The position numbers and the translations under genes were made by a program. From NCBI GenBank assembly GCA_024238995.1, contig JANBVL010000002.1, positions 14,414 through 78,413 of the forward strand: a stretch of 64,000 bases of DNA, written 5' to 3'. This stretch comes from Patescibacteria group bacterium. Lineage in GTDB: Bacteria > Patescibacteriota > Minisyncoccia > Minisyncoccales > JANBVM01. The notes below the pieces were generated by a model. The model had not been told where the DNA came from. It ran no database searches and saw nothing but the letters and a program-made list of their open reading frames with translations. This document shows positions 18,288 through 27,412 of this stretch, one piece after another. Positions within the stretch are counted from its first letter, which is position 1, and every line of letters begins with the position of its first letter.

Positions 18288-19705
18288 TTTCTTTTAGCAG
18301 GACTCAAGCAATGAACGCATTTGCCCTTTTGTTCTTTAGCATCTATCTCCAAAAGCCTTGTGCTGGCTTTTGTTTCTTTTTTTATCTTTTTTTCACATTT
18401 TTGATTTTCACACCAGAACGCCCTAATAAAACCTTTACTAGATTTCATCGTATCTTTAAATTCTTTGTAATTTAAAGCCTGTCTCGTATTTTCTTTTAAA
18501 TGTTTTGTACTTTTTGTAAACAAATTTCTTTGAATAGAATCTAAAATCTTTTTTATCTCTTTTTCTGCACTGACAAATGCAACTTGATATTTTTGTTGAT
18601 TATCCCTTCTCACTAGAGTTAATTTTTTCTTTTTTATTTCATCTTTGCCAATTTCTATTCTTAATGGCACGCCTTTAAGCTCCCATTCGTTAAATTTCCA
18701 ACCTAGAGAGTATTCCTTTCTTTTATCAACTTCAACTTTTAAATCACTTAACTTTTTTCTAATATCATCTGCTGTTCTGATTAGAACCTCATCTTGTTTT
18801 TTCCCCGTTAGAACAGGAAGAACTATTATTTGAATTGGCGCTAATTTAGGAGGAAGTACTAATCCTAAATCATCGCCATGAGCCATAATTAAAGCACCAA
18901 TGCTTCTTGTGGAAAGACCCCAAGAAGTCTGCCAGGCTGTTTTTTCTTTGCTATCTTTGTCTAAAAATTTAATATTAAATGCTTTCGCAAAATTTTGGCC
19001 CAAGTCATGAGAAGTGCAACCTTGAAGGGCTTTACCATCAGGCATTAACATTTCATAGGCATAGGTTTCCTCTGCTCCTGGAAATTTATCAAATTCTGAT
19101 TTTTTCCCAGATAAACCATCAATAGCAAAAAATTCACGGTAAATCTTATTATACATTTTAAGTGCTCTCATTACTTCCTCAAAAGCTTGTTTGTGAGCTC
19201 TATGAACTGTATGACCTTCTTGCCAAAGAAACTCAGTTGTTCTTAAAAATAATCTTGTTCTTTTTTCCCATCTTACAACATTGCACCATTGATTTATTAA
19301 AATTGGCAGATCTCTCCATGATTTTACCCACTTTGAATACATATCATAGATAATTGTTTCAGAAGTAGGACGAACAATAAGTTTTTCTTTTAATTTTTTT
19401 CCTCCACCAATAGTAACCACTGCCAATTCTGGCGAAAAGCCTTTAACATGTTCTTTTTCTTTTTTTAAAAACTTTTCTGGGATAAAGATGGGAAAATAAG
19501 CATTTTTGATTCCAGCTTTTTTCATTTCTTTATCAAGAGCTTGTTGGATGCCTTCCCAAATAGCAAAACCATAAGGCCTTATTACCTGACAACCCTTTAC
19601 TGGAGAATAATCAGCCATTTTTGATTTCAAAATTACATCAATATACCACTTTGAAAAATCTTCTGACTTTTTAGTTATTTCTCTTTTCTCAAATTTTTGT
19701 TTCAT
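18263..19705 (-). CDS. proS: proline--tRNA ligase, archaeal/eukaryote-like type with a C-terminal zinc-binding domain
   Basis: FSKWYIDVILKSKMADYSPVKGCQVIRPYGFAIWE. The C-terminal Cys cluster ends in ...AQAY, with the terminal Tyr typical of archaeal-type ProRS. Confidence 0.85.
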   Translation of the reverse strand: MKQKFEKREITKKSEDFSKWYIDVILKSKMADYSPVKGCQVIRPYGFAIWEGIQQALDKEMKKAGIKNAYFPIFIPEKFLKKEKEHVKGFSPELAVVTIGGGKKLKEKLIVRPTSETIIYDMYSKWVKSWRDLPILINQWCNVVRWEKRTRLFLRTTEFLWQEGHTVHRAHKQAFEEVMRALKMYNKIYREFFAIDGLSGKKSEFDKFPGAEETYAYEMLMPDGKALQGCTSHDLGQNFAKAFNIKFLDKDSKEKTAWQTSWGLSTRSIGALIMAHGDDLGLVLPPKLAPIQIIVLPVLTGKKQDEVLIRTADDIRKKLSDLKVEVDKRKEYSLGWKFNEWELKGVPLRIEIGKDEIKKKKLTLVRRDNQQKYQVAFVSAEKEIKKILDSIQRNLFTKSTKHLKENTRQALNYKEFKDTMKSSKGFIRAFWCENQKCEKKIKKETKASTRLLEIDAKEQKGKCVHCLSPAKRKWIFAQAY

Positions 19706-19710
19706 AAATT

Positions 19711-20790
19711 TTAAAATATCCGCGATATATCATTGATTGTCACAAAAATCATTAAAATTATCAGCAGCATAAAAAACGCTGCTGTAATATTTGCTTCTAT
19801 CTTTTCGGGAACAGGCTTTTTCCTTACTGCTTCAATAGCTAAAAACACCAGCTTCCCACCATCAACGGCTGGGATTGGCATTAGGTTAAAAACAGCTAAG
19901 TAAATTGAAATCATGGCTAAAAAGTTCAAGTAATAATTAATCCCCATTTCCTGGGCTTGGCTTAACATATGAAATACCCCAATAGGTCCCGTCATTTGAA
20001 CCCCTGAAGGCTGACCAGTAAAAACATTTTTAATAGCATTAAAATAGCCATTGACAATCCCTATTGTCAGGTTTGAAGTGGCAACAATGCCTTGCCAGGG
20101 AGCTAAATACCAAGGATACTTAACAATTCCTACTCTAGCCAAAGCTATTCCCATAGCGCCTTCTCCTTGGGGCGGAGACACTCTGGGAGTAAGAGTTGTT
20201 TCAAAGAATTCTTTTCCTCTTTCAATCTTTAATTTAATTTCTTTTCCTGAATACACGGTTGTAAAATCCTGAACTTGTTTTGTTTTTCCTGGAGCCAAAA
20301 CATCAGTTGAAAAAGACAGTTCTTTTATTGTGTCACCAACTTCTAATCCTGCGATATCAGCTGGCGAATCTTTTGCCACCCCAACAATTTGAACCTTAGG
20401 ATTTATTAAATTATTATTTTCACTATCACTAACTGCCACAGGAGCACCTAAATTAAAAACAATACTAAAAATAACTGCTGCAATAATCCAAAAAGCTAAA
20501 ACCCCGCCCAGTATTATTAAAGCTCTTTTTTTAATTGGCTGGTTTGAAAAACTATTTGGCTCACTTGTTTTCTCTATTTCTCCAGGCAATCTTACAAAAG
20601 CGCCGAACGGTATAAGATTTAAAGAGTAAACAGTCTCCCCTATTTTTTTTGCAAATATTCTCGGAGGATATCCTATTCCAAACTCCTCTACTTTAACACC
20701 AAACTTTTTAGCCACTATAAAATGCCCGAATTCATGAAGAACCATTAAACCAATAAGACTAAAAAAAGCAATGATAATAGTTAACAGCAT
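19711..20790 (-). CDS. rseP: RseP-like site-2 protease (M50 zinc metalloprotease with PDZ)
   Basis: HEFGHFIVAKKFG HExxH motif, multi-TM, conserved context upstream of frr. Confidence 0.8.
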   Translation of the reverse strand: MLLTIIIAFFSLIGLMVLHEFGHFIVAKKFGVKVEEFGIGYPPRIFAKKIGETVYSLNLIPFGAFVRLPGEIEKTSEPNSFSNQPIKKRALIILGGVLAFWIIAAVIFSIVFNLGAPVAVSDSENNNLINPKVQIVGVAKDSPADIAGLEVGDTIKELSFSTDVLAPGKTKQVQDFTTVYSGKEIKLKIERGKEFFETTLTPRVSPPQGEGAMGIALARVGIVKYPWYLAPWQGIVATSNLTIGIVNGYFNAIKNVFTGQPSGVQMTGPIGVFHMLSQAQEMGINYYLNFLAMISIYLAVFNLMPIPAVDGGKLVFLAIEAVRKKPVPEKIEANITAAFFMLLIILMIFVTINDISRIF

Positions 20791-20791
20791 T

Positions 20792-21367
20792 TTAATTTTC
20801 TATTTCTTTTTTCTTTTTTTCTACTAATTTTTCAACTTTCTCATTATATTCATCTACTAAATCTTGAAGCTCATCTTTTCCTTTGAACTTATCATCTTCA
20901 CTAATTTTACCATCTCTTTCTGATTCTTGAATTTCACCCCAAGCTTCATCTCTCCACCTTCTTATCGTTTTTCTGACAATCTCTTGTTTTTCAGAAACAA
21001 AACGGGTTAAATCTTTTCTAAATTCTTCACTCATCGACGGCAAACGAATCCTGATTATGTCTTTATCAACAACTGGAGCTGCGCCAATACTGCTGTTTTT
21101 TTCCAAAGCACTAACAATGCCCTCTATATATGTTTTATCCCAAGGCTGAATCACAATTTCTCTTGATTGAGGAATACTGATAGTTGCAAGTTGTTTTAAG
21201 GGAAATTTCTGATCAAAACAATCAACTTCAATATTTTCCACTAAAGAAGGACTAGCCCTCTCAGTTCTTATCTTCTGCAGTTCTTTTTCTAAAAAAGCAA
21301 TTGCTTTATCAAGCTCTGGCTTTATATTATCAATAATATCTTTGTATGAAACTTTTTCTTCTGGCAT
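20792..21367 (-). CDS. frr: ribosome recycling factor
   Basis: RRF signature (IRTERASPSLVENIEVD...). Confidence 0.85.
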   Translation of the reverse strand: MPEEKVSYKDIIDNIKPELDKAIAFLEKELQKIRTERASPSLVENIEVDCFDQKFPLKQLATISIPQSREIVIQPWDKTYIEGIVSALEKNSSIGAAPVVDKDIIRIRLPSMSEEFRKDLTRFVSEKQEIVRKTIRRWRDEAWGEIQESERDGKISEDDKFKGKDELQDLVDEYNEKVEKLVEKKKKEIEN

Positions 21368-21370
21368 AAA

Positions 21371-22219
21371 TTAAATCTCCATCATTAACACCTCTAATGC
21401 CAATCTTGGATTAATATTTGTTGTTGATAAAAAAAACATTGTTTTTTCAATAAAATTAAGGGTATTTTTAATTTTTGTCATTGAGAATCTGTCAGAACAA
21501 GACAGTAAGCTTTTTCTGAAATAAGAAAGCCAGACAGACAATGTTTCTTTAAAATCACCGTTCTCTGCAAGTTCTTTTGCATAGTTAAAACGAACAGCTA
21601 TTGGTGATTTAATAATTTTTGTCAGTCTTTTAATTATTTTTTCTCTTTTTTCAAACACTTCTAGATTGTCTAAATATTCAATTGCCATGCCTGGTCTTCC
21701 TAAAGAAATAGAGACTAAATCTTCAGCTCGCTTTTCTTGAATTTTTTTTGTCTTCAAATATTTTTTAATTTCTTGACTTTCAACTTGGTAAAATTTAACT
21801 GTTTGGCATCTTGAAATAATTGTTGGCAAAAGAAATCTTAAATGTTCTGTAATTAAAATTAACAAAGATCTGCTTTTTGGTTCTTCTAAAGTTTTCAAAA
21901 AACAATTCTGAGCCTCTCTTGTCATTAAATGAGCTTGGTCAATAATAACAGCTGAAACTGGGGCTTTAACTGGCTTTAAAGATAATCTCCAACAAACATC
22001 TCTGATTTGTTTAATTTGAATTTGCTTTGTTTCTGGACTAATAAAAGTAAAGTCTGGGTGATTCAGAATATCATCTTTAAAAATTGAAGAAACAAATTCA
22101 AAAGCTATTTTCTTTTTTCCCAATTTTTCACTGCCAGCAAAAAGAAGTGCATGAGGAATCTCTGTACTTTCAATTATTTTCTTTAAAAATTCTTGTTGTT
22201 TTTTATGACCAATAATCAT
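21371..22219 (-). CDS. holB: DNA polymerase III delta-prime subunit
   Basis: AAA+ clamp-loader-like N-terminus (HALLFAGSEKLGKKKIAFEF...), 282 aa. Confidence 0.6.
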   Translation of the reverse strand: MIIGHKKQQEFLKKIIESTEIPHALLFAGSEKLGKKKIAFEFVSSIFKDDILNHPDFTFISPETKQIQIKQIRDVCWRLSLKPVKAPVSAVIIDQAHLMTREAQNCFLKTLEEPKSRSLLILITEHLRFLLPTIISRCQTVKFYQVESQEIKKYLKTKKIQEKRAEDLVSISLGRPGMAIEYLDNLEVFEKREKIIKRLTKIIKSPIAVRFNYAKELAENGDFKETLSVWLSYFRKSLLSCSDRFSMTKIKNTLNFIEKTMFFLSTTNINPRLALEVLMMEI

Positions 22220-22226
22220 AAACCAA

Positions 22227-23231
22227 TTATTTTTTAGCCATTATGCTTTTTTTATACATATCTAAATTTGCAAGCATTGAGCTCGTACCTTTTGCCACAC
22301 AAAGCAAAGGCTCTTCAGCAGAAACAGCAGGTACGCCAACTGATTTTTCGATTAACTGAGGAAGATTTCTTAAAAGCGCTCCTCCTCCTGTTAAAATCAT
22401 GCCTTTATTTATTATATCAGCTGAAAGTTCTGGAGGAGTATCACGAAGCACTGTTTTAATCACCTGAACAATCTCTATTAGAATATCAGACATTGCTTCA
22501 TGAACATCATTTGAAGAAATAATAATGTTTTTAGGCAATCCTGCAACTATATCCCTCCCCCTAATTTCCATTGTTTTTTCTTCTTTTTCTTTATCATAAA
22601 GAGCTGTTCCAATTTGCATTTTTATTGCTTCTGCAGTCTGCTCGCCAATAGCTAAATTATATTTTTTCTTTATAAAATCTGAAATAGCCATATCCATTTT
22701 ATTACCAGCAACTCTCACTGATGTAAAATTCACTACACCTCCCAAAGAAATAACAGCTGCCTCACTGGTGCCTCCGCCAATATCAACAACCATATTCCCA
22801 GAACAACTGTTAATAGGAATACCAGCTCCAATTGCTGCTAAAATAGGCTCTTTCGCTAAATAAACCTCTTTTGCTCCTGCATTAAGCCCTGCTTCAATCA
22901 CTGCTCTTTTCTCAGTTGAAGTAATGCCTGCAGGCACCCCAATCATAAGCTCTGGTTTAAAAAACCTAAAACTACCTGTTGCTTTATCAATAAAATATCT
23001 GAGCATTGCTTGAGTAACCCTAAAATCAGCTATGACCCCGTCTTTTAAAGGCCTGTATATCCTAATGTTATCAGGAGTTCTGCCCATCATTTCTTTGGCA
23101 CGCCTGCCAATTGCCATGATTTCATTCTCAGCTAAAGCAACTGCCACAACTGATGGCTCTTGCAAGACTACTCCCTTATTAGGAAGAAAAACAACTGAAT
23201 TACATGTTCCTAAATCAATACCAATTTTCAT
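22227..23231 (-). CDS. MreB/Mbl-like actin homologue (copy 2)
   Basis: KIGIDLGTCNSVVFL...EPSVVAV and DIGGGTSEAAV motifs. It is a distinct paralogue of the mreB at 17199..18287. Confidence 0.8.
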   Translation of the reverse strand: MKIGIDLGTCNSVVFLPNKGVVLQEPSVVAVALAENEIMAIGRRAKEMMGRTPDNIRIYRPLKDGVIADFRVTQAMLRYFIDKATGSFRFFKPELMIGVPAGITSTEKRAVIEAGLNAGAKEVYLAKEPILAAIGAGIPINSCSGNMVVDIGGGTSEAAVISLGGVVNFTSVRVAGNKMDMAISDFIKKKYNLAIGEQTAEAIKMQIGTALYDKEKEEKTMEIRGRDIVAGLPKNIIISSNDVHEAMSDILIEIVQVIKTVLRDTPPELSADIINKGMILTGGGALLRNLPQLIEKSVGVPAVSAEEPLLCVAKGTSSMLANLDMYKKSIMAKK

Positions 23232-23288
23232 ATTTAAAAAGCTTAAGTTTCAATTTTAGTATAAGTTAAAGCTATAAATTTTGCAAAC

Positions 23289-23316
23289 TTGCTTTTATAT
23301 CAGAGTAAAATATAAT
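23289..23316 (+). promoter_or_regulatory. Sigma70-like promoter (TTGCTT, 16 nt spacer, TATAAT) ending 7 nt before the ATG, giving a leaderless or short-leader transcript
   Basis: ttgctt ttatatcagagtaaaa tataat actaaaa ATG. Confidence 0.35.
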
Positions 23317-23323
23317 ACTAAAA

Positions 23324-24598
23324 ATGGAAAAAAAGACCAGAAAACTTTTATCTTTTGCTTTTTTCTTGATTTTTATGACATTTGCGCCTATTTTAACCCT
23401 TTATGTCCAAGGATATAGGTTTGATTTTGAAAACAAAAAACTGACCCAAACAGGAGGATTTTTCATTAAAACAATCCAACCCAAGCAAGCAGATATTTAT
23501 TTAGATGGAAAGTTTTTCCAAACCACAGATTTTTTCTTTAGCTCTGCTTTAATTGAAAATCTTCTGCCTAAAAAATATAATGTTAAAATTCAGAAAAATG
23601 ATTACCGTACTTGGGAAAAGAATTTAGAAATAAAAGAAAAACAAGTTGTTGAAATAAGAAGCATAGTTCTTATTCCAGAAGACCCTGGCTTTAAACTTTT
23701 AGCAACTAATGTTAATAATATATGGTTTTCAAAAGATAAAAAAAGAGCAATTATAAAAGAAAAAGATAAAGATTTTTGGAGCCTTAAACTTTATAATTTT
23801 GAAAAAAATATAAAAACCCATCTTTTAAAGGAAACTGATATTTACGAAACTGGTGCCGGGTTAGAACAATTAGGATTTAAAGACAACAATACACTTTTAC
23901 TTGAAATTGCTAAAAATGAACAAATAATTTATTTTGAACTTCAAATTGACAAGATCCCTTCTGTCTTAAGGCAAGTAAAGTCGCCCCAGCCAATAATAGA
24001 AGATGTTTTAGTTTATCAAGAAAACGATAATCAGATTTATTATATTGATGATTCAGGGCATCTTTATAAAACCAATAAATCACTGTCATCAAAAGAACAG
24101 CTCACAGAAAAGCCTTTTGAAGTAAAAAAAGAAACCCTATATAAATTATATGTTTTCGATGAATTCATTTTCTTACAACAAAACCAAGCTATTTATCTTT
24201 TAAATCAAGAAAATAAAGAATTTGAGAAATTCTCTGAAAATATAATATCATTAAAAGTTTCACCCAATCTTACAAAAATGGTCTATTCTTCTGATTCAGA
24301 GATCAGGATTTTCTTTTTAAAAGCTCAAACCATTCAGCCAAGATTTAATAAGGCAGAAGACATGTTTTTAATGAGATTATCAGAATCAATAAAAAATGTT
24401 TTTTGGCTTAATTCAGATTATTTAATTATTGATATTGGCAATTCTTTAAAAATTACTGAAATTGACAATCGCGATAAAATCAATATCTACGAGATAGCAA
24501 CAGTTCAAAACCCAGAACTATTTTTAGATCATCAAACAGATAAACTCTATCTTTTAGATAGAGGAAATCTATTTGTTTCTGAGAAATTTACTTTATAA
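23324..24598 (+). CDS. hypothetical protein with an N-terminal TM anchor and a large, probably extracytoplasmic, domain
   Basis: 424-aa ORF divergent from the second mreB, flanked by a clear promoter and terminator. No recognisable motifs. Confidence 0.45.
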   Translation: MEKKTRKLLSFAFFLIFMTFAPILTLYVQGYRFDFENKKLTQTGGFFIKTIQPKQADIYLDGKFFQTTDFFFSSALIENLLPKKYNVKIQKNDYRTWEKNLEIKEKQVVEIRSIVLIPEDPGFKLLATNVNNIWFSKDKKRAIIKEKDKDFWSLKLYNFEKNIKTHLLKETDIYETGAGLEQLGFKDNNTLLLEIAKNEQIIYFELQIDKIPSVLRQVKSPQPIIEDVLVYQENDNQIYYIDDSGHLYKTNKSLSSKEQLTEKPFEVKKETLYKLYVFDEFIFLQQNQAIYLLNQENKEFEKFSENIISLKVSPNLTKMVYSSDSEIRIFFLKAQTIQPRFNKAEDMFLMRLSESIKNVFWLNSDYLIIDIGNSLKITEIDNRDKINIYEIATVQNPELFLDHQTDKLYLLDRGNLFVSEKFTL

Positions 24599-24615
24599 TT
24601 TCATATTTTCTAAAC

Positions 24616-24646
24616 AAAAAGCTCAAGATTACCTTGAGCTTTTTTA
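24616..24646. terminator. Bidirectional rho-independent terminator between the 23324 ORF and rpsI
   Basis: aaaaAGCTCAAG-attac-CTTGAGCTttttt. Confidence 0.6.
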
Positions 24647-24665
24647 TAAGTCTAACAAACCAATG

Positions 24666-25217
24666 CTATCTCTTCTTCCACTGTGGTGCTCTTCTAGCAC
24701 GTTTTAAACCAGGCTTTTTCCTTTCTCTCATGCGTGAGTCTCTTTTCAAAAAGCCGGCTTTTTTAAGCCTTTTTCTAAAGTCAGGATTAAAAAGAATTAA
24801 AGCGCGGGCTGCTCCATGACGAACTGCCTCTGCTTGAGCGCTTAATCCCCCACCTCTGACAATTACTGAAACTTTAAACTTTTCAAGACACTTCATTGTT
24901 TCAAGAGAAGATGCTGCTGTTTTTTGAAGTTCTAAAGTAGAAAAATATTCTTCTAAAGTTTTGTTATTGACTGAGAATTCTTTTCCTCCTTTTGTGAAAA
25001 TTCTTACTCTTGCTACTGCTGTTTTTCTTCTGCCGATTCCTTCGTAATACCTGATGTCTTCCTTCTCTTCTTTCTTTTCCTTCTTTTCTTTTTTTTCTTT
25101 TTTAACAGCAGTTTTTTTAGTTTCTTTTTTTTCTTTTTTCAATTTCTTAACAGTCTTTTTAACAGTCTTTTTAACAGTCTTTTTCTTTTTTTTAGTTTTT
25201 GCTTTTGTTTTTGCCAT
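24666..25217 (-). CDS. rpsI: 30S ribosomal protein S9 with a ~55-aa Lys-rich N-terminal extension
   Basis: Core sequence GIGRRKTAVARV...ending KR. The N-terminal tail reads KKTVKKTVKKTVKK...EKKEKKEKKE. Confidence 0.85.
   Translation of the reverse strand: MAKTKAKTKKKKKTVKKTVKKTVKKLKKEKKETKKTAVKKEKKEKKEKKEEKEDIRYYEGIGRRKTAVARVRIFTKGGKEFSVNNKTLEEYFSTLELQKTAASSLETMKCLEKFKVSVIVRGGGLSAQAEAVRHGAARALILFNPDFRKRLKKAGFLKRDSRMRERKKPGLKRARRAPQWKKR
25149..25184. repeat. Three perfect tandem copies of a 12-nt unit (taacagtctttt), inside the rpsI tail-coding region
   Basis: Direct reading of the sequence. The repeat encodes (KKTV)x3. Confidence 0.7.
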
Positions 25218-25225
25218 AATATTAA

Positions 25226-25582
25226 TTAATCAGTTTTTTCAAACCTTAATCTTTTCAACTGCTCTGACCTTAATTTGTTTTTAGGAAGCATTCCTGATAC
25301 AGCTTTCCTTAAAACCTCATCAGGTTTTTCTTTAAAAAGTCTTTTTAAGGGAATAGTTTTTAATCCACCCATATACCCTGAATGTCTGTAATATTTTTTT
25401 TGTTCCATCTTCCTGCCAGTAATTTTCATTTTTGAAACATTCTTTATAACTACAATATCGCCTATGTCTTTATAAGGGAAAAAATCGGGCTTATGTTTTC
25501 CACGCAAAAGCAGAGCAATCCTAGTTGCTAATCTGCCTAATACTTTGTTCTTAGCATCAATTGTATGTATTTTTCTTTCCAT
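25226..25582 (-). CDS. rplM: 50S ribosomal protein L13
   Basis: VLGRLATRIALLLRGKHKP motif. Confidence 0.85.
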   Translation of the reverse strand: MERKIHTIDAKNKVLGRLATRIALLLRGKHKPDFFPYKDIGDIVVIKNVSKMKITGRKMEQKKYYRHSGYMGGLKTIPLKRLFKEKPDEVLRKAVSGMLPKNKLRSEQLKRLRFEKTD

Positions 25583-25589
25583 AAAATAA

Positions 25590-25940
25590 CTACTTAACCA
25601 ATTCTATTATCGCCATTTTAGCTCCGTCTGATTTTCTTGGACCCAGTTTAATAATTCTAGTATAGCCTCCTTTTCTTTTTTCATATCTTGGCGCAATTTC
25701 TTCAGTTATTTTTTTAACTAATGTTTTTGAAAAATATCTAGCCAAAAGCCTTCTTGAACTTAAGGTAGACTTCTTTCCTTTGGTAATCTGTTTTTGAGCA
25801 AAAACTGAAACCTCTTTAGCTTTTGCTAAAGTTGTTTTAATCTTTTCTCTTAAAAAAAGCTCTCTAGCTAAAGACTTTAAAAGAGCTTTTCTTTGGTTGC
25901 TTTTCCTTTTAAGTTTTCTTCCTTTTTTTCTTTTTTTCAT
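25590..25940 (-). CDS. rplQ: 50S ribosomal protein L17 (start taken at the internal Met; the longer track ORF overlaps rpoA)
   Basis: GRKLKRKSNQRKALLKSLARELFLREKIKTTLAKAKE matches the L17 core. Confidence 0.8.
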   Translation of the reverse strand: MKKRKKGRKLKRKSNQRKALLKSLARELFLREKIKTTLAKAKEVSVFAQKQITKGKKSTLSSRRLLARYFSKTLVKKITEEIAPRYEKRKGGYTRIIKLGPRKSDGAKMAIIELVK

Positions 25941-26700
25941 CTTTTTCTTTTGTTGCTTTTTTAGCTTTAACTGCTTTTCCTTTGTCCGGCTCTTTAGCTT
26001 TTTCAATAACTGTTTCTTTATCAAAAGTATTTGAAAACAAATCAAAGTGTTTTAGTAAAACTTCTGAAGCCTGAGAAAATGCCTGTTCTGGAGAAATTGA
26101 TCCGTCTGTTTCTATTTCTAAAAATAACCTGTCAAAATCTGTTCTTTTACCAACTCTCATATTCTCTGTTCTAAAAGCAACTTGCCTTATTGGCGTAAAG
26201 ACTGCATCTAAAGAGACTGTTCCAATTTCTTGCTTTTCTTTTTTCCTTAATTCTCTTGGAATATATCCTATCCCTTTTTCTACTTGAATTTCCATTTCCA
26301 AATTTGCTTTACTATCAGTTAAAGTTGCAATATGACAATCTTTATTAACTAATTCCAACTGACTTGGAAGTTTAAAATCTGAACCTTTTACTTCTTTTTT
26401 ACCTTTTACTTTTAAATTTCCTTTCTGGGGTTCATCTGATAAAATCTTGAATCTCATTTGTTTTAAATTAAGCATGATATTTACAACATCTTCTAAAATG
26501 CCGTCAATTGTTGAAAATTCATGAGAAACATTTTTAAATTTTACTTGTGTTATTACAGCTCCTTCTAAAGATGACAAAAGCACTCTTCTTAAAGAGTTAC
26601 CAATTGTCACGCCATAGCCAGGATAAAGAGCTTCTATTTCAAAAACAGCTTTATTTTTTTGTTTTTTAATGATTTTTGGTTTTGTTGGAAGTGAAATCAT
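25909..26700 (-). CDS. rpoA: DNA-directed RNA polymerase alpha subunit, apparently lacking the C-terminal domain (alpha-CTD)
   Basis: The N-terminal domain is conserved (LRRVLLSSLEGAVIT...). The protein is only 263 aa and ends in a Lys-rich tail (KAKKATKEKDEKKKKRKKT). No alpha-CTD helix-hairpin-helix motifs are present in any frame downstream. Confidence 0.8.
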   Translation of the reverse strand: MISLPTKPKIIKKQKNKAVFEIEALYPGYGVTIGNSLRRVLLSSLEGAVITQVKFKNVSHEFSTIDGILEDVVNIMLNLKQMRFKILSDEPQKGNLKVKGKKEVKGSDFKLPSQLELVNKDCHIATLTDSKANLEMEIQVEKGIGYIPRELRKKEKQEIGTVSLDAVFTPIRQVAFRTENMRVGKRTDFDRLFLEIETDGSISPEQAFSQASEVLLKHFDLFSNTFDKETVIEKAKEPDKGKAVKAKKATKEKDEKKKKRKKT

Positions 26701-26780
26701 ATTTTTAGAGTCTAGTTTTTAAGAATCTGAGGTATTAATTTTTTCTAAAACCTCAAGTTCTCAAATTCTAAACCCAAAGG

Positions 26781-27410
26781 TTAACGTGAATAAAACTCAA
26801 ATATTGATAATAAATCTACTGGAGGAACAACTTCTTCTAAAGTTGGCTCACCAATTATTTTTCCTTCTAGTTTTTGTTCATCTAATTTTAACCAGCTTGG
26901 AACCTTATGTTTTTTAACTAACTGCCTGAATTCTTTTGTAATATTCTTCTTTAATTTTTGTGGTTTTAAAGATATAACATCTCCTTTTTTTAATAAATGT
27001 GACGGGATATTCATTGTTTTTCCATTAACTAAAAAAAAGCTGTGAGACACTAAACTTCTTGCCCCTTTTCTTGAAGGTGCAAAGCCTAATCTAAAAATCG
27101 TATTATCTAAACGGGACTCTAATTTCTTAATCAACAGCAAAGGAGTATCCTCTATTTTCCCCCTTTTAGTTAACAAGGCTTTAATATATTTTTTAAATTG
27201 CCTCTCTTCAAGATTATACCAGTTTTTAAGTTTTTGTTTTTCTCTCAGCTCTTTTGCATATTCACTAGGCGGTCTCCTTCTTCTTTTCCCTTTTTGACCA
27301 GGAGCATAAGGTCTTCTTACCATTGAACATTTAGGCGAACTACAACGCTCCCCTTTTAAAAAAAGTTTCTCTCCTGCACGTCTGCAAATTTTACAAATTG
27401 CTCTTTTCAT
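26781..27410 (-). CDS. rpsD: 30S ribosomal protein S4 (with an N-terminal Cys4 cluster)
   Basis: CKICRRAGEKLFLKGERCSSPKC and an S4 domain. Confidence 0.9.
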   Translation of the reverse strand: MKRAICKICRRAGEKLFLKGERCSSPKCSMVRRPYAPGQKGKRRRRPPSEYAKELREKQKLKNWYNLEERQFKKYIKALLTKRGKIEDTPLLLIKKLESRLDNTIFRLGFAPSRKGARSLVSHSFFLVNGKTMNIPSHLLKKGDVISLKPQKLKKNITKEFRQLVKKHKVPSWLKLDEQKLEGKIIGEPTLEEVVPPVDLLSIFEFYSR

Positions 27411-27412
27411 AA

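Noticed and set aside
25054-25284. 76-aa plus-strand ORF made of FFSFF repeats
   Set aside because: It is the antisense reading of the Lys-rich tail-coding region of rpsI and is a translation artefact.
25941-26045. N-terminal 35 codons of the track ORF for L17 (MICFQILLIKKQLLKK...)
   Set aside because: These overlap the 3' end of rpoA in another frame. The L17 homology begins at the internal Met, so the upstream extension was rejected.
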